A stretch of 63,857 bases of DNA, the filler included, from Octopus bimaculoides (lineage: Eukaryota), in assembly GCF_001194135.2 (NCBI RefSeq). It is 5 parts of 5 records of this genome, joined end to end, with 100 filler letters (N's around TTAATTAATTAA, not from the genome) between each part and the next. Parts side by side here need not be neighbours in the genome. Positions count along the whole stretch, not along the records: positions 1 to 23,337 come from NC_068981.1; 4 more parts are not named here. The stretch is one strand, 5' to 3'. How positions within the stretch are numbered: the first letter of the stretch is position 1; the number at the start of each line of letters is the position of its first letter. Positions 1 through 11,225 of this stretch are shown one piece after another. The notes below the pieces were generated by a model. That model searched no databases and was not told the DNA's origin. It saw only the letters and a program-made list of their open reading frames with translations. Made by a program: the position numbers and the translations under genes.

Positions 1-57
1 CTCTCTCGCTTTGCCACTTCTTTGAAGTAAGTGTGACACACACAACAGGTACGTGTG

Positions 58-131
58 CTCGGTAGTGAAGTGAAAGCACGTTATAAAAATAAAACTACTG
101 AACAATAATAATAATAATAATAATAATAATA
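58..131 (-). mobile_element. Internal fragment of the same HINE/Helentron-like repeat seen at the window end, with its (AAT)n tract
   Basis: 58-102 is the exact reverse complement of 63659-63703 (45 bp), and both copies abut an (AAT)n/(ATT)n microsatellite. Confidence 0.6.
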
Positions 132-256
132 AACACGCATCAATGGTTACGAAGCTCAGGGCTAAAAGCAGAGAGTGAAGATTTCATATTGACTGCTCAA
201 GATCAAAGCTTATTAACCCGGAACTGCCAAGCCAATGTGATAAAAAAAATGGAGCA
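132..256 (+). mobile_element. R4/Dong-like (RLE-type) non-LTR retrotransposon fragment, region upstream of the zinc knuckle
   Basis: Manual translation NTHQWLRSSGLKAESEDFILTAQDQSLLTRNCQANVIK matches the WL...LKAETEG.I.AAQDQ.L.TRNY motif of R4/Dong-type ORFs; starts directly after (AAT)n. Confidence 0.75.
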
Positions 257-309
257 TCAACTTGAAGAAAACAGTTGTAATGTTTCAACCTGCACGTGGT
301 GCTGTTTGC

Positions 310-830
310 AACCCCACTAAAATTTTCGTTAATGCTGTTGAGGCTGTTGTCTCTTTCATTTACTTTGGAAGGTCAGTACAAGATTTGGAAATCTGGACAC
401 AGAAATACATCTGAGAATTCAAAGAGTAGCACAAGCATTTGGTGGTTCGGAGTCATGCGTTTGGTGCCAACTACATATAAATAACAACATAAAATTGGCT
501 CTTTACAAATCGTTTCTTTTACCATCCCTGTTGTGTTCTTCTGAAACATGGACGCGTTATGAAAGACATTTCAAATTGTTAGAACGATTTCACCAAAAAT
601 GTCTTCGCCGCTTTTTAAACATTTAATGGATTATTTTTTACTCCAGACACAGATGTCTTTACGTCTGCAGGCATCACCCCAATTAAATCAATGATTCTGA
701 AAAATCGAATGAGATGGTCTGTCCATATTGTTCGAATGGCAGATGAACGCACAGCCAAACAGCTGTTTTATGGCGAGTTTGCAAAGGGGAAATGCAATCG
801 GTGTAAACCTAAAAAAAGAGGTTTAAGGGC
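310..830 (+). mobile_element. RTE-BovB-like LINE, decayed RT C-terminal region
   Basis: Frameshifted translation LDTEIHLRIQRVAQAFGG...KLALYKSFLLPSLLCSSETWTRYERHFKLLERFHQKCLRRFLNI*W...RMRWSVHIVRMADERTAKQLFYGEFAKGK, the typical RTE post-RT signature. Confidence 0.8.
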
Positions 831-840
831 ATAAATAAAC

Positions 841-892
841 ATATACATACATACATACATACATACATACATACATACATACATACATACAT
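841..892. repeat. (TACA)n microsatellite
   Basis: Direct reading. Confidence 0.95.
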
Positions 893-919
893 AAAAATTC
901 TGTAAAACTTTCCAGAAGT

Positions 920-1746
920 GGATCTATTTCAAAACGGGGGCACCAGTTTTCATTTATGTTTTATGTAGTGTTTTTGGTACCGAAAGACTTTCAAACTTCG
1001 TATACTTATCTATTTTGTGTTATAGAACAGAAAAAAATGTTTGTATTCGAATTTATTTCATGTAAAAAATTGTCTTATTTCGATAATTTCTACTAATCAT
1101 TGACGTCTATTCAGTTGAAAACAGTTAGCGCTGTGACGGTGTATATCGTATTAATCCCCTAACCCTAACCCTAACTAGACTGTTAACCCTAACNNNNNNN
1201 NNNNNNNNNNNNNNNNNNNNNNNNNNNNNNNNNNNNNNNNNNNNNNNNNNNNNNNNNNNNNNNNNNNNNNNNNNNNNNNNNNNNNNNNNNNNNNNNNNNN
1301 NNNNNNNNNNNNNNNNNNNNNNNNNNNNNNNNNNNNNNNNNNNNNNNNNNNNNNNNNNNNNNNNNNNNNNNNNNNNNNNNNNNNNNNNNNNNNNNATCCG
1401 AACTCTAAAATTGTTACACACATAGATACGCACAGCGTAATTTATTATATAAACAATATATGCGTATAAATTACGATTAAACCGGATGAAATATGTCACA
1501 GGGAATAACATTTTTATGACCGCCCAGCAGTAACTCTATTCAGCTGAATAGACGTCAGTGATTGGTTGAAATTACAGAAATACGACAACTTTAACATGGA
1601 ATAACTTGCGATGTACGTTTTTTTGTTAAGAAGACTAAGAGTAAAAGATGTTTTATATGACACATTCTACCAGTGTCCCAAGTTTCAAAGTGTTTCGTTA
1701 GTGTTTCGTTAAGAAAATACTGGTGCCCCCGTTTTGAAAAAGATCC
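920..1746. mobile_element. Non-autonomous TIR element (MITE) with GG termini and 8-bp TSD, Merlin-like
   Basis: 28-bp TIRs GGATCTATTTCAAAACGGGGGCACCAGT (920-947) and inverse 1719-1746 with 1 mismatch; perfect TSD CCAGAAGT (912-919, 1747-1754); additional degenerate internal inverted segments; N gap 1194-1396 inside. Confidence 0.85.
1157..1193 (-). repeat. Telomere-like (TTAGGG)n units inside the MITE
   Basis: CCCTAACCCTAACCCTAA at 1157-1174 and TAACCCTAAC running into the gap at 1194. Confidence 0.8.
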
Positions 1747-2280
1747 CCAGAAGTTTATCATTTAAATATATATGAGCATGATTAGATGTGCAACTAAATG
1801 CATTCTCATACATACATAAAACAAAACATACAAATCTGCATATATATACATTCATACATACATACAAAATTACCCTATTGTTTCTGTTGAAATTCCAATG
1901 AAGGAGTCTTGGATTTTGGTTAGAAACCGGCTCTTTCTCTATTGGCAAGAAATCTTGAAATAAAACTGAACAATGACATACATACATACATACATACATA
2001 CCTACATACAACATGCATATAAACACACGCACTTGCATAAATATATACACACATATGTATTATATATATATGTATACGGTGTATACGAAGAGTATGTCTG
2101 TGTGTGTATATAATTTCATTCATTTTCCACTAATGTCTGCCATTGGATTGGAATTATGCTGGGACATCATGTTTATGCTTTTAAAATCTTTACCTGGCCT
2201 CAGTACTGAAACCTGATATTAATAATCGTATGAGACTAGTGTATGTTGCTTCTAGGAGTATGTATATGTCTATCTGTAAG

Positions 2281-2313
<33 letters not shown>

Positions 2314-2563
2314 ATATTAGCATGGTCATTGACAAACTATTTTAATTATTTTGTTTTTATATTATTCTCTTAACTATCCTTAATTGCTTGTTCCAGCTTC
2401 TGAAGATAATCAATTCACTTTTGCTTGTTAAATTTTGACACTCATGTAAACCACTTTGATATTTTTTCTTAATATTTGGATTTCTTTTTTTCTTTTTCTT
2501 TTTTTTTTGTGTATTTTTACTGTTAATTTGAACGCGTTAATATTTAGTGTGTTATAGCTTCTG

Positions 2564-2569
<6 letters not shown>

Positions 2570-2595
<26 letters not shown>

Positions 2596-2661
2596 CATAC
2601 ATACATAAATGTGTGCATATGTGTGTATATGTGTGTGTGTAGAGAGAGATACACACGCACA

Positions 2662-2711
<50 letters not shown>

Positions 2712-2728
2712 TACACACACACACACAT
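2570..2728. repeat. Compound (TACA)n/(TG)n/(CA)n microsatellite
   Basis: Direct reading; source of several spurious ORFs. Confidence 0.9.
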
Positions 2729-3035
2729 ATGGAACACATAGTAAGACTGACCTCGTATTTCAATTATCAAGGTTACAAAAAGTATATACAGCAGTATAAA
2801 AACAAGGAGAGGAATGGAGCAAGTAAGAAAAAGAGGAGTGCTAGATAAGCAACCCACACTACAACCTGCCAAGTTATAGGAATTTGACCAAAAGAAGAAA
2901 ATGTAAGCGAACACGTGTTATTTCAAATGCAAACAGGATTTATTATTTTCTTAAATGGTTTGTATAGAAAAGATATATCGAAATTTGATGTTTTTCACCG
3001 TACAGCTTAAGAGATAATTAAGATTCGATCCTGCG

Positions 3036-3075
<40 letters not shown>

Positions 3076-3540
3076 ATATGTGTACATTTGTATATATGTA
3101 TATGTGTATGTGTGCATATGCAACAGAGACTTCCTCGCTTTTACTTCATTTCTCACCAATTCCAATAAAGTATTCCATATTTGCTTCCGTTTCTGGCCGT
3201 CTTCAGTGTAGATTATGTGTATTAAATATTGTTGTTAATTATTAACAAGTTTTAGAAAGTTTCAATATGAAATTCTTTTAAAAAGCACGATAAAAAAATA
3301 TTACAATGTTTGGTAAAAAAATAGTGTTAAAGAGAAAATTTTAAGGAAGAAAGAAAAAAAGAAAGAAGGAAGGAATGAAGGAAGGAAGGAAAAAAGGAAG
3401 GAAGGAAGGAAGGAAGGAAGGAAGATTGGTTTACGTCGATGCACAAAACTAGGAATTTCTCTTGAGATTACACTGTGTAACACGATTTTTGTCCTTGGGT
3501 AGCAGCCGTTATTTCCTATTTGCTTACCCCTAGAAAGTAT

Positions 3541-3755
3541 GAAAAATGGCTAATATTTCCCTCAAACTTTGCTTTTGTTACATTTATTCAAACCTCAAAG
3601 AATCCCACTCGACACATGGCTATGATGCTTCCCCACTACTCCTGCTCATAGTCAGAAATGCACATATTTTCAACTACTAAGGGGCATGCTCAAGTGGTTA
3701 AGGTCAAGCAATTGACAAAGAAGTCTGTTGTATTGAGCAGAATATTTCTGCTTCA
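3541..3755 (-). mobile_element. Unclassified interspersed repeat (family E), partial
   Basis: Reverse-complement similarity to 53560-53710 (CACATGGCTATGATGCT.CCCCACTACT.CTGCTC... / AGCAGAAGTAGTGGGGAGCATCATAGCCATGTG). Confidence 0.7.
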
Positions 3756-4436
3756 GCAACTGAGCGCTGAATCTGTCTGAATGTAATGTAAAATAGGTTA
3801 GTTTCAAAACATTGATGTCCAGGTCACAAAAGACAAATTTGAAAGGAATAATAGTTATTTCCTTTGATTTCTAGAGAGAAGCAAATAAGAAATAACACTT
3901 TCTGACCAAAAATAAAAACAAAAAATGATAAGAATTTTGTTATACAGTATTATTGAACACAATGGCTTGGCTTCAAATCAACAAAATGAATTTGTCGAAA
4001 TTGAGGTACACGTGTTTTTTATGATGAGAGTAGAAAATATTAAACAATTTGATTTTTCTGTTGAACGGTAGGATTCTTTAAATCGAGTATTTACCCAGTC
4101 TCATTGAACACGTGTAAGTGTATAATATCTTAAAGACCACAATCGCTCTCACTTCCAACATCTCGAAGTTATAATAAAGGCTTTAATAAAAATCTAACTT
4201 CTTAATTATAATGAGCAAAACTTACCAGCGACACTACAACTCCGTTACTCGCGGTCAATTCACGACTAAACTTCTCAAAGCCGCCACAGTTGATAGGCCT
4301 AGTGATTTCTAACAAATCTCTTGGTGGTTTCAGAAATATAAACATTGCAAAAACTATATTCCATAAACTGTTTTGTTTTCCTTGTAGAATCAGACAATTC
4401 TCCAACTTCTCTTAATAGCTCACTCTCAAAAATGCT

Positions 4437-4512
4437 GAAGTGAAGTGCAACCCAGATTAAAGCATTGCTCTCATATCTGGGACAATGCTACAAGTACATA
4501 CATAGCCGAAAC
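4437..4512 (+). mobile_element. Small CR1-like LINE fragment
   Basis: Translates VQPRLKHCSHIWDNATST, resembling the CR1 RP.LEYCSHIW motif. Confidence 0.45.
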
Positions 4513-5584
4513 AGCATTCCTTGCGACCACAGGTTTACAGACGCACTGTTCACATTTTATTTATTTATATTTTGCCTTTGTTTCATTTATTGCTACAATA
4601 GCTTCCAATTTTGTATGATAGTCTGCTATACATCACCTCTATCCTGACTTACACAATTCACCCATGTCTCATCTTCCTTACGATCCCTCATCCAAAAATT
4701 ATTACTAAACATTTTGATCCTTTCTTCTAATCAAATTTTGCCAAGGTCTTTTTTACAAATAACTCAAAATCGCTGGAAATGACAGATCTCACGATCTCTG
4801 ATGATATTCCATAGCAACCTCACATATATCATATTGACAAAACTTTATTCAAATATCAGGCTTTCTCCTCAGGATAAAAAAAAAAACTTCAGCTTTAATC
4901 AATTGGTGACCTACTCTACAATACTTAAGTAAAATTTTCTGTACAGTGTTGCTAAATTATCTGGGACCATACACGAACACGCTTTTGCATTTCTTCTTCT
5001 TTTTTTTTTTTGTCTCAAGTTCTTCAGCAGTTACTACAATAGGCACCACTCCACTGAACTGTAGGAAGCAGAGTATCACTTCTATGCTGGGTTATCTGAT
5101 CCATCCCCCATTTCGTTCTCCTAATTGTGTCTTACTCGTCAAACACCGTACAAAATCATTGCCCACTAATTCGTCCAAATAAATAAATGTAACAATATTA
5201 AATGTGCTGACATTGTGATATTTGAATAAAAGAGTAATTCCAGAAACTTCAGTCACAATAAATTGTAAAATTTACTAATGTTTGCGATGCATATAAATTT
5301 GCAAATAAATATTGCTCATCGGCTTAAAAACGAAACAATTCTGGAATTACTTATAATGATTTCTAACAAATGCACGAAGTCACATATTTGGAGTTAGACA
5401 GAAGCCGATAAAACTTCCTCCTTAATTCACTGCTAATGACTTTATCGACTCCTAAAAAATTAATCGCAAAGCTGGTTTCAGTTAGAACGTAAAGGGACGT
5501 AATTAAGTACCACAAGCTATTTTGTTAGCCGCTCTTAATGATTTTACCATCCCACCGTCATTGTAGCCACTTTAATGGTTTCAA

Positions 5585-5760
5585 ATTTTTGCACAAGACC
5601 AAGGAAAGGGATTACATCGACCTCTGGGTTCAGTTGGTACTTATTTTATTGACCTCACCGAAAGGATGAAAAGTAAAGTCAACTTCCGCAGAACGTTAAG
5701 AGCAAGAAGAACTATCGCTAAACATTTCTTCCGGCGCATTAACGATTCTACTACCCCGCT
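5585..5760 (-). mobile_element. SINE family A (tRNA head + Nin/Deu-like core), degraded
   Basis: Similar to intact copies at 20481-20692 and 43535-43748. Confidence 0.75.
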
Positions 5761-6899
5761 CCATTTTCGCAATTGCTTATAATATTAGAGATTCTATTGC
5801 TAGCGTTGTTGTTATTCTTTTTGGTTGTGATATTGCTCAACATTTTACCTTCTGTATTCCATTTTTTTTATTCTTTCATTATTATTTCATATTTTCTTTC
5901 ATGTGTCAACTGACTATTACACAGGTCTGTCGTTTTCCTTGAGTCTTCCAACCATATTTACTTGTATGTATTTATCATTTTTATTGGTGATTTATTTTCA
6001 AAGTGATTTCACTGACATTTAAAGCAGATCTGCATGTTTCTTATTGACCTATGCAAACTAGACAGAGGCGCTGAAGAGAATTTTGTAAATAAACAATAAA
6101 AATGTTTGTTCTTTACTGAAACACTAAGAAATTATTCCACGAATCCTAAGTTACCACTGCCATAACTCAACAAAAGAAAAGAAAAGGTAGAAAAGAAAGA
6201 AAGCAAACTTATTCAAACATTAATACTTTTATTTAAAGTAAGGGAACTCCTCGTAAGGGAGATGGGAGGAAGAAAAGTGAAGAAAGCTAAGAGGAAAAAA
6301 AGTGAAGTATGTACAATAAATAGGTTTAGATGAGATTTTAGGTTTAGGTTAATTTAATAGAGCAAGAACAGCTGTAGTTGCAAAAGAAGAGGTAGAGGGA
6401 TTTTAAAGTTTAGTATGTAGTTCAGAATATGTATGTGTTTGAACATTTCACGTTCATGTTGAAGTGTTAGAAATTATTGTCTTATCTCCAAAGGAAAGTC
6501 AAAAGCTATGGAAGGATGTTTCGACTCTCATTGTCCATGCTTATTCGTCATGATTGATCATCAAAAGATCATTAGGTTTAACATTCAACATTTGAAGTGA
6601 GTATGGAAATTTTAGTTGTGAGTATATTAAATACAACACAAAATATATACATATATATATTGGCTTAATCTGGATGAACGAACTGTACCAAGGATTCTCG
6701 TATGATCTCCGAAAATGACGATATCAATCAATATGGTTAATGTTGAAATTTTAAGGCTGTAGGGAAAACATATAGAGAAGGGATTTCATCGGAGGTTTAA
6801 CACACTGGAGAGATGGTTAGTGCAGGGTATAGGAGTGGTACAATATGGACAACGAGATTAGGAGAGGAAAGTAAGTCAGGAATACTAAGTTGTGTGGTG

Positions 6900-7100
6900 T
6901 TCTTTTAACTTTTACTTACTTTAGTTTCTTGACCGTGGCTATGCTGGAGTACGGCCTTGAAGGGTTTAGTCAAACAAATCGCCCCTGCTACTTATATTTT
7001 TAAAGTCTGGTATCCTATCTTTCTCTTTTGCCGAACCACCAAGTTGTCAAGCGGTGTTGGGGTAAAAACACAGACACATAAAAAACACAGACACACATAT
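6900..7100 (-). mobile_element. SINE family B 3' half
   Basis: GGCTATGCTGGAG...TTTAGTCAAACAAATC...TTTTGCCGAACC matches the reverse complement of the family B tail at 32440-32590. Confidence 0.7.
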
Positions 7101-7104
7101 ATGC

Positions 7105-7140
<36 letters not shown>

Positions 7141-7788
7141 NNNNNNNNNNNNNNNNNNNNNNNNNNNNNNNNNNNNNNNNNNNNNNNNNNNNNNNNNNNN
7201 NNNNNNNNNNNNNNNNNNNNNNNNNNNNNNNNNNNNNNNNNNNNNNNNNNNNNNNNNNNNNNNNNNNNNNNNNNNNNNNNNNNNNNNNNNNNNNNNNNNN
7301 NNNNNNNNNNNNNNNNNNNNNNNNNNNNNNNNNNNNNNNNNNNNNNNNNNNNNNNNNNNNNNNNNNNNNNNNNNNNNNNNNNNNNNNNNNNNNNNNNNNN
7401 NNNNNNNNNNNNNNNNNNNNNNNNNNNNNNNNNNNNNNNNNNNNNNNNNNNNNNNNNNNNNNNNNNNNNNNNNNNNNNNNNNNNNNNNNNNNNNNNNNNN
7501 NNNNNNNNNNNNNNNNNNNNNNNNNNNNNNNNNNNNNNNNNNNNNNNNNNNNNNNNNNNNNNNNNNNNNNNNNNNNNNNNNNNNNNNNNNNNNNNNNNNN
7601 NNNNNNNNNNNNNNNNNNNNNNNNNNNNNNNNNNNNNNNNNNNNNNNNNNNNNNNNNNNNNNNNNNNNNNNNNNNNNNNNNNNNNNNNNNNNNNNNNNNN
7701 NNNNNNNNNNNNNNNNNNNNNNNNNNNNNNNNNNNNNNNNNNNNNNNNNNNNNNNNNNNNNNNNNNNNNNNNNNNNNNNNNNNNNNNN

Positions 7789-7821
<33 letters not shown>

Positions 7822-7856
7822 GCAGTCCACACTATTCCGAAAGGGGCGTAGGGCCG

Positions 7857-8283
7857 GGATCTAGTTTTTTTCAATCGCAAAATATGCATTTTTTAAAAGG
7901 AAGTAAAAAATCTGAAAATAGGCTATAATAATGTAGCCTTCTAGTCTCATTGCTTTGAAGGGATGATGTTGTGGAGAAAAAATTGGAGAAAAAAGTTACA
8001 GAGGTTTAAAAATCGTAAAAACTGTATATTTTTAGCCAATAGCAAGACAGACATTTTCTGCATTTAGCGGAGCGGTGTCAACTTTAAGGTTGTACTCAGT
8101 GAAATTTATAGCTTAGCGTTTCACCTGTTCATTGTAGGTTTCTAAATAAACAGAAATACCTGATAAAATCAACATGTATCATCTTACTGTTTCTTTTGCT
8201 TATTCATTGATTGTATGGTTTCAGTATTTTTTAAAAATTTGTTATATTAATATATTTGTCTGCGAACGAGAAAGACAAGATCC
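7857..8283. mobile_element. MITE with GGATCT...AGATCC ends and 8-bp TSD (short derivative of the 10006-10900 element)
   Basis: Starts GGATCTAGTTTTTTTCAATCGC, ends GCGAACGAGAAAGACAAGATCC (imperfect ~24-bp TIR); TSD TAGGGCCG / TAGGACCG (1 mismatch); first ~400 bp strongly similar to 10006-10443. Confidence 0.8.
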
Positions 8284-8349
8284 TAGGACCGGTTTCCCGG
8301 TTTCTCTAACGTATATATTCCTCCCTGGAAAGGGCTCCGGTCCATCGCA

Positions 8350-8490
8350 GGATTAATCATTTTTACCAGCTGAGCAACGTGAAATAAAGTGTTTTGCTCA
8401 AGAACCCAACGCATCACCTGATCCAGGGATCGAAACAACAATCTTACGATTGTGAGTTGAATACGCTAATCACCAAGCCATGCGCTTACA
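8350..8490 (-). mobile_element. SINE family C 5' part (tRNA head + CORE-like segment)
   Basis: Reverse complement carries A/B-box-like head followed by GTTCTTGAGCAAAACACTTTATTTCACGTTGCTC; similar to 58880-59010. Confidence 0.7.
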
Positions 8491-8494
8491 CACA

Positions 8495-8543
<49 letters not shown>

Positions 8544-9075
8544 NNNNNNNNNNNNNNNNNNNNNNNNNNNNNNNNNNNNNNNNNNNNNNNNNNNNNNNNN
8601 NNNNNNNNNNNNNNNNNNNNNNNNNNNNNNNNNNNNNNNNNNNNNNNNNNNNNNNNNNNNNNNNNNNNNNNNNNNNNNNNNNNNNNNNNNNNNNNNNNNN
8701 NNNNNNNNNNNNNNNNNNNNNNNNNNNNNNNNNNNNNNNNNNNNNNNNNNNNNNNNNNNNNNNNNNNNNNNNNNNNNNNNNNNNNNNNNNNNNNNNNNNN
8801 NNNNNNNNNNNNNNNNNNNNNNNNNNNNNNNNNNNNNNNNNNNNNNNNNNNNNNNNNNNNNNNNNNNNNNNNNNNNNNNNNNNNNNNNNNNNNNNNNNNN
8901 NNNNNNNNNNNNNNNNNNNNNNNNNNNNNNNNNNNNNNNNNNNNNNNNNNNNNNNNNNNNNNNNNNNNNNNNNNNNNNNNNNNNNNNNTGATGAGTTGTT
9001 ACTGCTGCTGCTCCTGCTCCAGGTCTCAACCCTGATGGATCAGACACATATCCAAAGTGTTGAAGTGGACCAGCC

Positions 9076-9077
<2 letters not shown>

Positions 9078-9138
<61 letters not shown>

Positions 9139-9150
9139 CATTATTATTAT
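9078..9150. repeat. (ATT)n microsatellite
   Basis: Direct reading. Confidence 0.95.
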
Positions 9151-9594
9151 TTTTATCTTTATCTTTATGTTTCACAAACTGTACGATGTAACATGAAGGA
9201 AACTTGACGGCTAATTCTGACACGTGATGCAACCATATTGAGGCTGCTGCTCGTTGGTTATTGGCTAGTTACAATCTTGGAAATTGGTGAAAAATTGATC
9301 GAGTCTGCAAACAAACTGACCTATTCTGCAATGAAACAACTTCCTACTCCTTCCATCAACCCCCAACATAGAAAACCACGTAATTATTGTTTAGCACCAG
9401 ATCAACCCTATTAAGCCGAATCATGACCACAAGCAATTTTGTTATGACCACTCCGTCTTTTTCCCAAGCTAATAAACAGAAGACTATATTATTCAATATG
9501 TCTTTCTTTCATTAAGACAACAGAGTGTAATCTGGTTGCAATTCTTACCGTGTCGCTTGACCGTATGTGTATAGGTTCTTTTGTTGATGTGAAG

Positions 9595-9880
9595 AGCGAC
9601 AGCATAGGTGCATGATGGTGGACCAGGGTCTATGGAACCCATAGTCGGTCATTGAGTACGGAAGCAGGGTGTTGACTTAAGACAGTAAAGAACGTGGTCT
9701 CTATCATTTGAAGTGGTTCGTTATCGAGTTTGGAGTTTTGAAGGTGATAACAGGAGCATTGCCAAGACGAGTGGCTTTTGAAGTTATTGTTTAGCACCGT
9801 AGCACCAGATGAACTTCTGACAGAGTCAACATATCGTAACTTATCGCACTCGACAACTTTATACACATGGTGGTTTAAGA
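9595..9880 (-). mobile_element. Probable CR1-like LINE RT C-terminal remnant
   Basis: Frameshift-joined reading PVITF/QNSKLDNEPLQMIETTFFTVLSQHPASV resembles the L.MLG.TF...LSW..HI.S region; degraded. Confidence 0.35.
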
Positions 9881-10005
9881 ATTTGAAACTGAGAAGGTAT
9901 TTGTAGTAAGTTTAGAGTGAAAAATTGAAAGAAAGAAACAACTAACCAGCCAACCAACCAACCAAACAAACAAGCAAACAAACAAGGAAGGAAGGAAGGA
10001 AGGAA

Positions 10006-10900
10006 GGATCTAGTTTTTTTCATTCGCAAAATATGCATTTTTTAAAAAGGAAGTAAAAAATCTGAAAATCGGCTATAATAATGTGGCATTCCAGTTTCAT
10101 TGCTTTGAAGGTATGATGTTGTGGAGAAAAAAACTGGAGAAAAAAAGTTACAGAGGTTTAAAAATCGAAAAATCTGAGTATTTTTGGCCAATAGGGAGAC
10201 AGAAATTTTCTGCATTTAGCGGAGCGGTGTCAACTTTAAGGTTGTACCCTGTGGAATTTATAGTTTAGCGTCTGACCTGTTCATTGTAGGTTTCTGAATA
10301 AACAGGAATACTTAATTTCATTATAGGCTTCTAGATAAACAGAAATACCCAATAAAATCAACATGTATCATCTTACTTGTTTGTCTCTTCATTGATTGTA
10401 TTTTTTAATTATTTTAAAAATTATTTATATTAATATATTTGTCAGCACATATTTACTTTATGCGTATGTCACTATTATGTATACCTGTCATGTATTTGTG
10501 TACATCATTGATATATTAGTGCATGTGCATGTGTCTGAAAAGGGAGGGGCATCTGTCTCCAAAACACTAAAGTTGAGTAACGTTTTCATGCTTGGATTTG
10601 TAAACTACGATAAGAATAACACTGGTCAAAAAAGAATTTGTCCCAAGCAAAAGAATACCTGTATCTCATACGCTTTTGCATGCAGAATTCAAAAATAATG
10701 TCAAATTATCTGTATCATCCACGCTTTCTTTGTCCCATGTTATCCCTCTCAGTTCCTGTTACGTGGGCTAAATTTCAGTTAAGCTGTTGAAATGTGAAGC
10801 TAACGGTTGAAGAAATACTCCTAGTTTAAATTTTTATCAACAGAATTAACCTAGTGAAATCATAAATCCAGCTATCTGAGTTAANNNNNNNNNNAGATCC
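10006..10900. mobile_element. Longer member of the GGATCT-terminated MITE family
   Basis: Begins GGATCTAGTTTTTTTCATTCGC; shares ~430 bp with 7857-8260; AGATCC at 10895-10900 directly after a 10-N gap; flanks are (GGAA)n and (GAAA)n, TSD not resolvable. Confidence 0.65.
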
Positions 10901-10902
10901 AA

Positions 10903-10942
<40 letters not shown>

Positions 10943-11225
10943 AGATACAAGCAGCAGAAGGGGTGGATTTGGTTTCTTCGAATGCTCGTATTTTGGTTAG
11001 GTGGATTCTGCGACAATCGATGGAATCCTCTTGACAAAGGATCGAAAGCCAGGTGCCATTTGAAAGATGACCGATGTCTTGGAGACTATACATATATTAC
11101 AAAATATTTCCTGTGCAGTATCAAAGTGTACTTCCCTTTTTAAAGATAGTAAGAAAACTTGATTGCTATTTCTAGCAGACTGATCAGCTCCCTCGTTGAT
11201 TCCATTTCAGGAGTTCCGTTTAGGT

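Noticed and set aside
1157-1193. True telomere or chromosome-fusion site
   Set aside because: Only a few units are visible and they are enclosed by the TIRs and TSD of a MITE.
6957-7928. Long ORFs of 200-400 aa in the ORF track (here and at 8394, 19461, 32942, 45291, 46847, 51727)
   Set aside because: They consist of N-gap X runs and microsatellite dipeptide repeats; not real coding sequence.
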